Assembly (NCBI GenBank): GCA_964016885.1 | Contig: OZ024742.1 | Coordinates: 100,936,001 to 101,000,000 of the forward strand | Direction of reading: 5' to 3' | Source of the DNA: Eledone cirrhosa | Lineage: Eukaryota | Length of the DNA stretch: 64,000 nucleotides | In this document: positions 1 through 12,664 of the stretch, one piece after another | Layout: each line of letters starts with the position of its first letter | Position numbering within the stretch: the stretch's first letter is position 1 | Made by a program: the position numbers and the translations under genes | Notes under the pieces: generated by a model | What the model was told of the DNA's origin: nothing | Seen by the model: the letters and a program-made list of their open reading frames with translations, nothing else | Database searches by the model: none

Positions 1-24
1 AAGGTCAACGAAAGAAAAAATAAA
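1..24 (+). CDS. ADGRL: Latrophilin-like adhesion GPCR, 3' end of the exon encoding intracellular loop 3 (window-truncated)
   Basis: Reads RSTKEKI + AA, then donor GTAAGT at 25. The phase-2 end joins exon 14643 to give ..KEKIK-GWIRGAW.., matching the latrophilin NIK-SWVxGA junction before TM6. Confidence 0.75.
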
Positions 25-167
25 GTAAGTTCACTCCCTTTCATTGATTTATTGACTTTTTTTTATTAATTATTGATGTATATATTGTTTTGTGTAACTT
101 CTATACTTTTGTTCTTTTTGTTTCAATTTTATTTTATGAAGATATATATCTAAAAATAATAACAACA

Positions 168-382
168 ATAATAATCATTTCTAATTTACGCGCAAGGCCA
201 GCAATTGGGAGAGGGAGAAAGTTGATTAAATCAACCTCAGTACTTGATTGGTACATTATCAACATAGGGATGAAAGGCAAAGTTGACCTCAGTGGGACTT
301 GAATTCAGGATGTAAAGAGCCAGAACAAATACTGCAAGGCATTTTATCTAAAACTCTACCAATTCTGCCAATCCATCAGCCT
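168..382 (-). mobile_element. tRNA-derived SINE family A (core GAGGTCAACTTTGCCTTTCATCC..GGTCGATAAAATAAAGTACCAG)
   Basis: Reverse complement of the core and tail seen in many other copies in the window. Confidence 0.75.
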
Positions 383-2411
383 TCTGTGAAATATTGATCT
401 CTAATTTAGACACAAGGCCAATATGACAGCCTCTCTGATGCTGGTGCATGTTAAAATGTATCCAGTGCATTCTGTAAACTGATGAATAATTGAGCAGGAA
501 GAGTATGGAGGACCCTTTTATCTTGCTAAATACATCACAACCTTTCTGGTGCTTGTGTCATGATAAAATACTTCTAATATATTCTATAAAGTGGTTTGTG
601 TTAAGAAGGGCATTTAACTATAGAAACCATGCCATAAATGAAACTTTCAAGTGAGATGCAGTCCTTCACTCTGTCTAGAAGGGACAATAGCTTTGAATAA
701 GAACTGACTCAGATTGTAACATCTCATCTTACTCATGCCAGCATTCATAGTCGATAAATAAAGTACTAGTCAAGGGCAGTATATTGGTAAACTTATTAGA
801 GTATCAAGGAAGATGCCTTGTAGTTTTTGTTCCAGCATTTTACATCTTGAGTTCAAATCCCACTATGGCCGACTTGAATAGTAGACTAGTTTAACACCTC
901 TTGAGTGCTATTTGTAGAGTCCACTCTGTTGCAAGTATTTGGGCCAGGTCTTTGGTTTGAGGATACCTTCATCAGCTTCCTCACACCAGTCACAAAAGCT
1001 CTGAAAAGGATCATGGACACTGTCCTTCCCTCCTCGACTAAACAATAACATAATAAATAACACTAGTTTAATATATTTATCCCTTTTGATACCAAACTGT
1101 CTGAAACCGCCTCAAGTTCTACAATAGAAATTGTATATTTTAAAGTGTTTATATTTACCTATAAAACTTCCATAATAATTTCATATAAGAACGTTTAAGT
1201 TATATTTCAAACACCAATTTAATAATGAGAAAGTTAGTTATGTTACTAAAATTTACCAAATTCTTCATTGCATTCAAAATTATTTGAAAATCATAGACAC
1301 TGTTTTTATTAGAAAATGTTAATGAAAGAGTTAATAAGAAAATAGTTACTACTATTTTAATACCTTCTCACTAGCAACATATAAAAACTGTTAGAAACTG
1401 TAATATGTAGGAAAATATTAAACATTTTAATACTTTTGTTGCTTGAAAATATTGCTAAAATTGACACTTATCAAAATTTATGACAAACTTTTGTGGTGTT
1501 AAAATAATTTACTGAATATACTCATATATGTCACAGTGGAAGATAAGTCACACCCCATGCTTTTATTATATTTCGGCTTTATTATTTAATATTTCAAGCC
1601 TAGATCAAGGGTCAGTAAATAAGTCACACCGCATTTGCCTTTATAATGTTTTGGCTTCATTTTTTTTATAATTCCAAGCTCAGAGCAACGTTTGGTATAG
1701 AGGTCACACTTATAGATGCCACCCCATATTTGTATTTATAATATTTTGGCTTCATTATTTAACCCTTTTGATACTAAACTGTCTTGGTAGTGGTGGTGGG
1801 GGGTATGTGTTTCATTTTTATTTATTTTGTTGTTTTTGCTTTTGTTTTTCTTTCTTGAAGAATGAAGAAATTGTTTTTATTATTATCCTTATTTTGTTAA
1901 CCAAAAGATAATTCCTTCAATGTTTGTTTAAGAAACTAATAATAAATAATTTTAAAATAATAAAACCTTGTTAGAAGATAATCACAACTTAGAGCAGACA
2001 TTCTTGCCTATCCCTTATCCATTAAGGAAACGGAAAGGGTTTCATAATATATGTGATGGTGAGTGTATGTAAGAGAGATTTCGCTTGTGTATATGAGAGA
2101 GATGGTGAGAGTGTGTGTGTGTGTTACTGAAAGAAACTATAAGCTTGAGTATGATTCACTTATTATTAAGTTCCTGTTTAAAGATGTTAATAAATGTGTA
2201 TGTGAAATGTTTGACTTACTCCCACATAACTTAAGTTTATCTGAAATCATATCTTTTAATCCCAACATATCTCATACTTTAGATGTATATCTTTACGTCT
2301 AAGAAACCTAGAGTAATGTGGGCTTAAGTTAAATTGTTAATATATATATATTTCTAACTTATGTGTTGTTGTTTTCAGTTGTGCACATGCTTGTATTATA
2401 TAATATATATC

Positions 2412-2448
<37 letters not shown>

Positions 2449-2519
2449 ATACATACATACTAACACGACTAGTTAGAAAATTACAAGTACAATCCATTAA
2501 TGGTACAGTAAAAAATATG

Positions 2520-2800
2520 TAAAACATTCTACATCTAATAACTCCATGTACACAGACAAAGCATATACACATGCACACATATAACTCAAAACATACACCT
2601 CCACACATACAATAATATCCATACCTGCACACACACACACACACACACATGCATGCATGCATGCATGCATGCATGCAGACATATCTACCTAGTAGATGCT
2701 GTGTAAATTCCATTGAGAGAGTCTTGTATCTGTTAGAAACCGACTCTCTCTCTGTATTGGCAAACATTTGTGAAATTATAAAACCAGAAGAACATACATG
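2520..2800. repeat. Dispersed repeat, with an inverted second copy at about 43715-43965
   Basis: GTTAGAAACCGACTCTCTCTC..TGTGAAATTATAAAACCAGAAGAACATAC recurs reverse-complemented at 43.7 kb. Confidence 0.75.
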
Positions 2801-5062
2801 TATACATATATACATACATGCATACATACATGCATACATACATGCATACATACATAATATATATATATATATTCATGAAATAATCAATTGAATACTTTAG
2901 GTATATTTATTTTATTTTATATCGATGTTATTGTTGCTTATGGCCATCATTTCTTAGTTTATGTTTACAGTTTGTGTTTAGAGTTAATGTTTTAGTTGCA
3001 GAGGTATATATTTATTGTTACAGAAGTTTTTGTTTTTTTCTTGTAGTTTGTTTATAGTTAGTTTGTGTACACTTAGTTTATGTTTATAGAGATAAGTTTG
3101 TGTTTACAGTTAGTTTATGTTTAGAGTTATAATATTTTGTGTTTACACTTACAGGAAAACAACAAAATGCTATACTCTCCTTCCATGCATTTCATTATAT
3201 GTGTGTGCATGTGATTTAATAACTTTTCAAAGATCATATTTAACACATTGACATGTGTATTTATATCTACACACATATGTACAAAAATACACATGTATAT
3301 GTGTGTATATACTTGCTCACACACACACACATATATATATATTATCATCATCATTTAACATTTATTTTCCATGCTAGCATTGATTACACAGAGTTAGCTT
3401 TTATTTGGAGTTATTGTCTCTGAAATAGGTCATAGGGCAACATGCTAAACATGTTCCATGTTTAGATGCCTCTCCTTACACCAACTAATTAACAGAGTTT
3501 ATTAGCTACATTTTAGCATGGCACCAATACTAGAATGGTTGTCAAGTAGTTGACATGACAGTCCTACATTGCTGCCATTTGATTTTCAGCCAAGTGTACT
3601 GAATGCATTTTCAATGCTAAACGTCTCTCTACATCATGTAATATGTTCTTTCAAAACAAACATGACTGACAGTATGAATAGAAGGGGAATGATGACTTGA
3701 ATGGGTGACAAGAAAGAGTATGAATACAAATGTGATGTGGGAAACAGATTGATAGGATGGTAAGGGAGCATAACAAGAGAGAAAGAGTTATAGCTATGTA
3801 TTGGTCATTGGTGAGTGGTTTATAGCTACAGCATTGATAATTTGGAGAGATAGCAATAAGGTTGGGTTATGGTAAGGGGGAGTGAATGATGGATAGCAAC
3901 AAGAATGGGTGATGGGGGTGAGAGTAATGGCTGTCAACTAAAAGACATATGAGGGAGAGAGACTACTGATTAGTAGTAGGGGTGACATAGAGAGAATATT
4001 AGTTAGCGGATGAGAGTAACAGAGAGAAAATGATGGCTTGAAGTAGAGGATGGTAGTTTTAGAAGAGAATGACAGCTTGCAGTAAAAGGGGACAAAAAGA
4101 AAATTATGATTTGCAATAAGACCAGATCAGATGACCTCTTTCATTGCAGAAGTACTGTTGATGGAAGAAAGGTATATAGATGGAAGGGTGGTAATGGAAT
4201 AGAGGTAGAATGATAATGGAAGGATTGAAAATGGACAGATCAAATGCAATCCCTCATTACACAGTAGTTCAGTTAATAGTCTAGAGTGTGATTGATAAGG
4301 TAACAAATGAGACAGAATATTGCAAATGGGGACTTAACAGAAGAAAACTAGGGAAGAGACCTACCAGTATTATTTTCATTACTGTTTTTTGTTTTTTACA
4401 CTAGTAGGCAGGTCTTCTCCAGCAGCTTGTGTTGCCAATCTTAAAATACTTTTGTCATCTCTTTTAAAGGTTTTAGCTTCTTGAGGTCAGTTTTCAAAAC
4501 AGCTTCTGAACAGTTTCTGTCTGAACAAATTTCACTCATATGGCTTAGGTCAATTTTAGGCTGTGGTAAATGACACTTACCCAAAATGCCATGCAGTGGG
4601 GTTGAACCCAGGACATAATAATTGTGAAACAAACTTCTTAACCATTTGGCCATGCTGTATCCACATGCTTATACATTTATATGTATGATATTTGTTCCTA
4701 TATAACCACATATAGCCTGTAGCAGGGTTATCTCAGTAGTGATTAAACTGGTAACCCCATCAAGTCTGCTTAAGGAGGATGAGAATTTTTGTACATCCAG
4801 TAGGGTGAAAAACAAAACCTGTCAAAGTGTGGATGACCCCAAAAGAATCAACAGCCAGCCAATATGTGTGTATTTACAGGTGTATGTAAATACACAACAG
4901 AAACAGTCTAGCATGAAACAGACATTGATCACTTGTTGTCACTGGCTACCTGACTTTGTTTTGGTTTAATGTGAGTTTAACATCTTCAAACATTTAGATA
5001 GTGGCACTCAGGTTGCACTAACATGTGTCACTAAAGAATTTCATGTGTTGGTACTTTAGTAT

Positions 5063-5112
<50 letters not shown>

Positions 5113-5159
5113 CATGTCAATTATATGTATGTGTGTGTGTGTGTGTGCATGTCAATTAT

Positions 5160-6240
5160 ATGAAGCAACATGGATATACCCAAATCATTTATTCATGGCT
5201 TTATGATTTCAATTCTGGTCTAAGTGCAGATGCATTCAGTCATCTCATTAACACTGCATTTGGGTCACACATCATGTCTGAATGCAGTGCCAAGAACTGG
5301 TTTTCATGCTTCCATTCCAGTGATTACAACCTTGAATATCGACCCCATGCAATATATCCATCAGGCTTCAATGACGAGCAACTGCGCAAGCAGGTGGAAT
5401 CAGACTCACACCAGACATCACATCAACTAACTGAAGTACTTGGGGCATCGAAAACAACCATCCCCAATCACTTATATATAATAGGGATGGTGCCCAAGCT
5501 GGACCAATGGATGCCCCACAATCTGACTGACTGTAATTGTGAATGTTGGGCAGCAGCTGTGACTTCTCTGCTCTCCTACCATCACACATACAACTGGCTA
5601 CATTCCATTGTCACTGGTGATAAAAAATGATGTCTCTACATTGTCAAGCACAAGCGATCCTAGATTGATAAAGAGAGTGCACCACAACAGTAGGCAATGG
5701 CTGAGCTCCACCCTCACAAGGCCCTACTGAGCATCTGGTGGAACTGGAAAGATGTCATCCACTATGAATTACTCTCACTGAACACTAGCATAACCTGACA
5801 TCTATTGCCAACAACCTGACAGATTAGCAGCAAAGATCACACAGGAGCACTCACACCATGGTCTTGTTTGATTCCTTCATGATAATGCTTGACTTCATAC
5901 ATCAAAGATGTCCCATGAGAAGCTGCTGGAGCTAGGTTGGGAGGTTCTTCCCCAACTGCCATATTCACCCAAACTCGCATTTTCAGACTATCACCTTTTC
6001 CTCTCAATAAGCAATGCAATGCTGCCAAAGACCTTCACCAATCAAGACCAGTTAAATTAGTGGCTGATGGAATTCTTTGCATTAAAGCCAAACGAATTCT
6101 ACTACGATGGAATCATGTGCCTTCCTAAACAATGGCAGATGATAATAGCAAATGATGGTGATTATTCTTACTTGTAAAACTTTCCTAATATGAATAGATG
6201 CCAAATTTGAAAAATGGTAAGGACTTTGTTCAGCCTAATA
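5160..6240 (+). mobile_element. Degenerate mariner (Tc1/mariner) transposon
   Basis: HTH-region remnants, WMPHNLT (WVPHEL-like), IVTGDKK (first catalytic D) and PYSPKLAFSDYHLF (YSPDLAP motif, 5959-6000). Stops and frameshifts present; TIR-like end ..CAGCCTAATA at 6240. Confidence 0.9.
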
Positions 6241-6324
6241 TATATTTATCTATACGTATGTGTGTGTGTATGTGTGTTTGTATGTACATACAGACACACA
6301 TGTATGAACTATACATGTATAAGG

Positions 6325-6810
6325 AGTTCCACTGAAACAGATGGAGAAGTCTAAGTATCTCTGGGCTATGTTCACGAGTGATGGAAGGCAGGAGGCTGAA
6401 TTTAGTGAAGGAATTGCTAGCATTCAGTAATCACAAAGAGTGAAGTAGGTGTAAAAGCCAAACTCGCTATCTTCCATTTGGTATTCATGACAGCCCTTAC
6501 ATATGGTTATGAATCTTGGATAATGACCGAAAGAATACAATCGCGAATGCAAGCAGCTGAAATGGGATTCCTCCAAAGGGTCTTTGGAGTAACATTACTC
6601 AATAAAGTGCATAGCTCAGAGATCAGTGAGTCGCTCCAGACAGAGCCACTACTTCTCCAAATTGAGAGATCACAGCTCTGATACTCTGGGCATAGGGTTA
6701 GAATATCTCAGTTAAGAATTGCTGGACAGATTTTAGGAGTAAAACCAACCAGCAGGAGACACAGGGATAGACTCCAAGCAAGATGGCTGGATAACATCAA
6801 TGAACATTGG
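6325..6810 (+). mobile_element. RTE-clade LINE 3' fragment, degenerate
   Basis: LTYGYESWIMT..RMQAAEMGFLQRVFGVTLLNKV..IERSQL..RWLDNI, the typical post-RT region. Confidence 0.85.
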
Positions 6811-7166
6811 TGATATTTTCTTCCTTAACTGGTCTGCGTGTCAGAAATATGCATGCATGGAGTAATATTAACTAATCTGCTTCATGCATTTGCAAACAGA
6901 TTGTCTATCATAATGATTCCTTGTATGTATATTTAAGACACATAGAGCAGTTAAGGAAGAACACATGAATCGTTTACTTTTGTTTTGAACCATTCCAGTT
7001 TCACATATCATCATGATATATATGTACACACATATATATTTGTATATATATATGTATGTTTGTGGATGTGTATGTATTATATATATATATATATATATAG
7101 TGGTGGAACACTGGAAGATAATATCCGTAGTGGTAGAGCACTCAGTCCAAGGGACGAGTTAGGTAG

Positions 7167-7353
7167 AAGTGGTTACACAACAGTTAGTTCACCATACCGA
7201 GAACAAATGTTTCCCCTTAGTGGATCTTCAGCTCTGGATGTGCATGGTTATAGGAACAGCCTGTTCCTATAACCATGCACATCCCAAGCTGAAGATCCAC
7301 TAAGGTGAAACATTTGTTCTCGGTATGGTGAACTAACTGTTGTGTAACCACTT
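7167..7353. repeat. Near-perfect fold-back (93-bp arms, centre 7260), Penelope-like pLTR type, lying between (TA)n tracts
   Basis: Arms are reverse complements with few mismatches; each carries CTGAAGA..GAAAC. Confidence 0.9.
7284..7323 (+). ncRNA. Minimal type I hammerhead ribozyme motif (mirror copy 7197-7236 on - strand)
   Basis: CCAAG-CTGAAGA-TCCACTAAGGT-GAAAC-ATTT-GTT-CTCGG: core, short stem II, minimal stem III, GUU triplet, imperfect stem I. Confidence 0.55.
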
Positions 7354-7385
<32 letters not shown>

Positions 7386-7428
7386 ATATTAAATAAATGG
7401 AAACTATATTTATAAAACCATATTTATT

Positions 7429-7484
7429 TTATTATATATATTTCAAGGGTACCAAGACAACATTGATATGCTTTCATCAGATAA
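7429..7484 (-). ncRNA. Type I hammerhead ribozyme motif followed by AATAAA
   Basis: Minus strand: TTAT-CTGATGA-AAG..CTT-GAAAT-ATAT-ATA-ATAA. Stems I and II close correctly; AUA triplet. Confidence 0.55.
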
Positions 7485-8200
7485 GATACATAAACATTTA
7501 AACATTTATTTGTCGGACTTCCAACAAATTAAATACCCCTTCTACTTATATATATATATATATATAATAAATGATTGATAGACAGGATATATATACATAT
7601 ACAAAAGGAGCGGTGCACTGGACAAAGAAAAAAACAGAGATGGACAGTCCCATCTCCTCAGTCAACCTCTGGAAATCACTACAGTTTTGGTGCATTAAGG
7701 TTGATACCATTTATTCCAGTGCACATTGGGTCAAAAAGAAATATTCCTTACACTAACACTGTTGTCATGTACCTAAATGACAAGTCAGTGTAATAAATAT
7801 CTATATACTACAACTCATCCCACAGATTCAGCACTTTACCAAATTATGCTACTCTATACATGTGTGCGTGTGTGTATGTTTGTGTGCAGGTGTTATTGTT
7901 ACAAGGATATCTTTGGTGCATCGCTCATATACACTCACATAAACTATCAAACACACACACACAATTATCTTTGTGCCTTAGTTTCATCTTAGAATGATAT
8001 GATGTAAACCTTTAGGTTGTTTTTTTTTTTTTGTTTTTTTTTTATATTTTATTTTCGTTTGACTTTATTTTTCCACACATTATCATATTTATGGGTTGTT
8101 GTTTTTTTTTTGTTTCATTGTTGATGTGTATTGTCTCCCCTTGTTTGGCCTGTGTGACATTCTAATGGCAACTTCCTTCTTTCCCTCCCTACTGCTGCAG

Positions 8201-8275
8201 TGGACACCTGAGCACAAGCAGTGACCTCGCTCTGTGCGGCTCTCAATCCAAACTCTCCTATCTGGCAGATATTCC
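8201..8275 (+). CDS. ADGRL: Candidate 75-nt alternative cassette exon in ICL3 of the latrophilin-like gene
   Basis: Polypyrimidine tract plus CTGCAG acceptor (8171-8200), donor GTAAGA at 8276, length divisible by 3, open in the required phase 2-2: (N)GHLSTSSDLALCGSQSKLSYLADI(P). It is a GC-rich island in an AT-rich intron. Confidence 0.65.
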
Positions 8276-8290
8276 GTAAGACATTCAAGT

Positions 8291-8296
8291 TGCATG
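8291..8296 (+). promoter_or_regulatory. TGCATG (Rbfox-type UGCAUG) element 15 nt downstream of the cassette-exon donor
   Basis: Exact hexamer in the position where Rbfox proteins typically enhance inclusion. The hexamer is also common by chance in this genome. Confidence 0.4.
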
Positions 8297-8504
8297 TTCT
8301 AAATGTAACCTGTCTCCCTGTGCAAAGCAACAAAAAAAAAATGAATAAATAAATAAATGGAATAGTGTGTGTGCATATGTGAATGTGTAAATATATACAT
8401 GTGTCTCTGTATGTTTGCGTGTTGTTGTTTGCTTGAAACATTGCAGAATATGACAAAAAAACATAGACAGGGTTTTTTATAGTAATGCTAATTGAACATT
8501 AAAT

Positions 8505-8755
8505 ATCAAAATAATAACAAATATATTAAAACATTACCTTCGAAATATTTAATTGGTCCTGATATATTTTGGGTAAAATGCCCTTTTTCAAAGGTGTTAA
8601 GAGAACATAAGAATGATGTAATTATTGTACACTCATTATATTGGCTTGTCATATTATGCCTTGTATTCTCTTTACACCTTTGAAAAAGGGCATTGTAGCC
8701 GAAATATGCCAGAACCAATCATATATTTTTAAGTTAATATTTTTGTTATTTTAAC
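8505..8755. repeat. Degenerate fold-back element with decayed U3-A8 variant hammerhead motifs
   Basis: Best-matching arms are 8577-8605 and 8666-8694. The two-arm consensus is CCT-TTGAAAA-AGGG..CCC-GAAAT-AT-ATC-AGG. Confidence 0.7.
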
Positions 8756-8832
8756 TTCTTTGAATATCTCGTATTTGATCTGCATTGCTGTAATCTTCCA
8801 TAATGACTGTGTAAGTATTCATAAATGAGTGA

Positions 8833-8877
<45 letters not shown>

Positions 8878-9129
8878 CCAGTCAATGTGTATATGTATGC
8901 CACATTAGACATGTATGCAAACAATTACATATATATTTTTTTGTTTTGTATGTGTGCATGTGTGGGTGTATATGTGTGTATATGCGTGTAACTTGCACTA
9001 AAACTTGATGTTGTTCATTTATATATAAGTTGTTGTCATTTTCTATTTTCATTATTTTTTTACATACAAATATATATAAATATACATGTATATATATATA
9101 TATGTGTGTGTGTATATATATATATATAT

Positions 9130-9165
<36 letters not shown>

Positions 9166-9335
9166 AATACATAACGTATGTTTATTTGAATATATATAAA
9201 TGTGAGTGTGTGTATATATTATATATATATACATACACATGTATGCATGTGTATACACATATGTGTGTGTATACATGAGTATGTATATTTATATATATAT
9301 ATATATTTATGTATATATGTATATATATATATATT

Positions 9336-9390
<55 letters not shown>

Positions 9391-9603
9391 AATCTGTCTG
9401 TTAATTCTACATATGTCTAGTCATTAGTCATTTCAATTTTCATTCAGTTTTTACATGTAGCTTCTAGTTTTTCAGCTATGCATGCATATTTCTTTATTAC
9501 TTACTAAATGCACATGCATTACTTTTGTCCATCTACTTCACTGTTAACTGTTTCTTTATTCATATAATTCTTTACATGTTTCAAACAAATGGCTGTAACT
9601 TAG

Positions 9604-9639
9604 CAGCAATGATGCCAAGTGATGCACATTGCTACTGAG
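9604..9639 (+). other. Candidate 36-nt (or 33-nt, tandem TAGCAG acceptor) micro-exon with an in-frame TGA
   Basis: Strong donor GAG|GTATGT at 9640, downstream GCATG/TGCATG (9653-9665). Phase-2 reading is SNDAK*CTLLL(R). The polypyrimidine tract is weak and distant. Confidence 0.3.
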
Positions 9640-9877
9640 GTATGTTTGTTTAGCATGCCTGCATGTTGATATTACCTCTAATTATGTTCAACACCTAAGT
9701 ATGTTATTGTTTTATTATTAGTATTATTATTATAAACATTATCATGATCATCACTATCATACACACTACCCTAGTAATTTTATATGTCTTTCATGTGAGT
9801 TGCCTTTCATTAATGTGCACACTGTTATAATTTTTTTTACTAAGGCTATTCTTTTTACTATTTTAATATTATTAATA

Positions 9878-10099
9878 GGCGGCAGATTGGCAATATCAGT
9901 AGAGGGTCGGACGCCACGCTTTGCAGCATAGAGTTACGACCCTTTGTGGTCTGACTCCAAATCCTGCCGAGGTTAACTTTGCCTTTCATCCTTAAGGCGT
10001 CGATAAAATAAAGTACCAGTCATGCACTGGGGTTGATTTAATCAACTCTCCCCCCCCCCCAATTTCTGGGCTTGTGCCCATATAAGAAACCATTATTAC
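9878..10099 (+). mobile_element. SINE family A, full length (further + copies about 10110-10320, 11323-11480, 12110-12328)
   Basis: Split A/B-box-like head, conserved core, tail GGCTTGTGCC..AGAAACCATTATTA. Confidence 0.85.
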
Positions 10100-11486
10100 T
10101 ATTGTTAAGGACTGTGAATCAGACAAAGACAAAATGGCTTCTGGCATTTAGTTATATACATTTATGTTCTCAGTTAAAATCCCACTGAGGTCAAATTTGC
10201 CTTTCAACCATCTGGGGTTGATGAATTAAAGTAAAAATCACATACCTGTGTGGATTTAATCAATTTTCTCTCCTTACAAATTGTTGGCCATGTTTCTGAA
10301 CTACAAATCATTATTCTTATTTCTGTTGTTGTTCAGTTTCCAGTCATGTTTCACAGAGTTTTGTTTTGTTTTGTTGTTTTGTTATTTTTGGGGAGGGTAG
10401 TGCCAACAAAAGGCTTCATAACATTTGAACATCTACTCCTTTACCTGAGGATAGAAAAAGAAGTTCATCGTTAGACAGCAATAAAATATGGTCGCCTCTG
10501 GGGTAGTGGGTGTAGTTGGTAGCTACAAAGTGGCAAATATGCCACATGAAAACAAATTTCTAAAAAAGAATAAATAAATGTATAGAAAATAATGACGATG
10601 AAAGAAAGAGATTTATAGACACAGAAAACCAGAATTTGATGAGGGAAGGGATGTAAACTTATTCAATATTTACAAAACCTCTACCTAAAAACAACTCATC
10701 ATTTGCTAGTATTTCAAGTCAAAAGAAAACAGACATCTGTTAACTCCTGACAAAAAGAAGAATTGTGTCATAAAAGAATAGCTATGGCTACCACTGTCTC
10801 TAGAGCAGCAACAATTAAGGATACAAAAATGGCCTGAACAGAAGCAAATGAAATCACTTCATCGTAAGTGTCACTAGCACCACATGCTGCTGCCAATGAC
10901 CAAAGACCAAGGAATTCTCTCGTCCAATAGAGGATTGGTCAGAGACTGTGGCAAATAGTACCACTACTTTGTTTTGTAGTGATATTGAATCTGGAGAAAG
11001 TTATGATGTTGTTGGGTCAGTAAGAAAAGAAACAGGGCAAAAATAGTGTGAGCATGGGGCTGAAGTCACTCCTGGCGAGATGCATTTGATTTGCATCAAC
11101 CTTGTTTATACAATTAAAATCCCACCTGTTTCTGGGAAACCAGTGACATTTATGTCAGGTGTGACAACCAACGGATAGTACACCCTGCTTCCCAGCAGGC
11201 TGGCTCTTCGTGGGAAGTAATTGGCTTAATATATCAATCAAGAACATTCTCAAATATCAATTGACATTTCTTACACTGCTGTAAGCAGAAATATTGATTA
11301 GATGAAATCACTTACTCCAAATAGGCAGCAAATTGGCAGAATTGTTTAAACATCAGATAGAATGCTTTGCTGTATTTATTCTGGCTCTCTCAGTTCAAAT
11401 CCCACTGAGGTCAACTTTGCTTTTCATCCTTTCAATGTCCATAAAAAGTACCAGTCAAGTACTGGAGTTGATTCTTTTTCTATATA

Positions 11487-11657
<171 letters not shown>

Positions 11658-12664
11658 TGGAGAGGGATGAGTTCCATCAGAGTTAAAGTGTCCAAAACAT
11701 ACTATATATCACAATGCTGCTCCTCCGACTCCATCAGGACTTATAAGTCTATGTATATATAAATACTTATTTCAAGAAAGAAAACTCAACGTCCATTCGA
11801 ACAGAACTTTATCTCAATAATTAAAGATTGGAAGACAATTAGCTCAACTTTCTAGCATTTCTGTTATTTTACTACTTTCTTATTTAATAACAAGAAAAAC
11901 ATTTAGTTGTAATAGTCTTTAAACTATGATTCAACAACGAGCAGTAATTTCTTTTAATACAAATGTGTATATATAGGTGAAGGTATGATAGTTATGAGTG
12001 ACGACCCTTTGTTTAAATTATTTCCCTTGTCAAAAATTAGACTTTTAGAGTTATCTCCTCATCGTTCTTGCCTAAAACTGTATTTTTCAGTTAATATTTT
12101 AATTAAAATTATGACAGCAGAATTAGTAGAGCATTGGGCAAAATGATTTACGGCGTTTAGTTACGGATCTTTATGTTCTGAGTTCAAATCCCACCGTGGT
12201 CAACGTTGCATTTTATCTTTCTGGGGTCGATAAAATAAGGTACTAGGCAGGTTTTGGGGTTGATTTAATTAACTTTGCCCTTCCCTGGAATGTTCACATC
12301 CTGTGCTTTCATTAGAAATCAATATTATAATGTTGAGAGAGACACAGGCTGACAGGGAATTGTTGCTTGATATTCTTATTTTATTATCCCTGTGCGGTTC
12401 CATTAACTATAATTTCATTTTATTTCTTTGAAAATATTTTTGCCTTCCTCAAAAAGTTCAGTGGTGCAGTGTTTTTACTTTCCTTTCTCAAGGAATGTAA
12501 ATGCTTCAATATAGTTTTATTTCATGGTAGATTTATATAAACATGCAAAAAAAGAGAGCAGTATTGGAAAGAACTATAAAGGATAGGAAGAGCAAGGAAT
12601 ACTAGACAGGAAGAAAGAAAGGGGTAAGAGTGACAGTCTACACCATGGACTGAGTGGTGTTTCA

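Noticed and set aside
5025-5630. 201-aa ORF as a domesticated transposase gene
   Set aside because: N-terminus is microsatellite-derived, and the catalytic domain is broken by stops and frameshifts.
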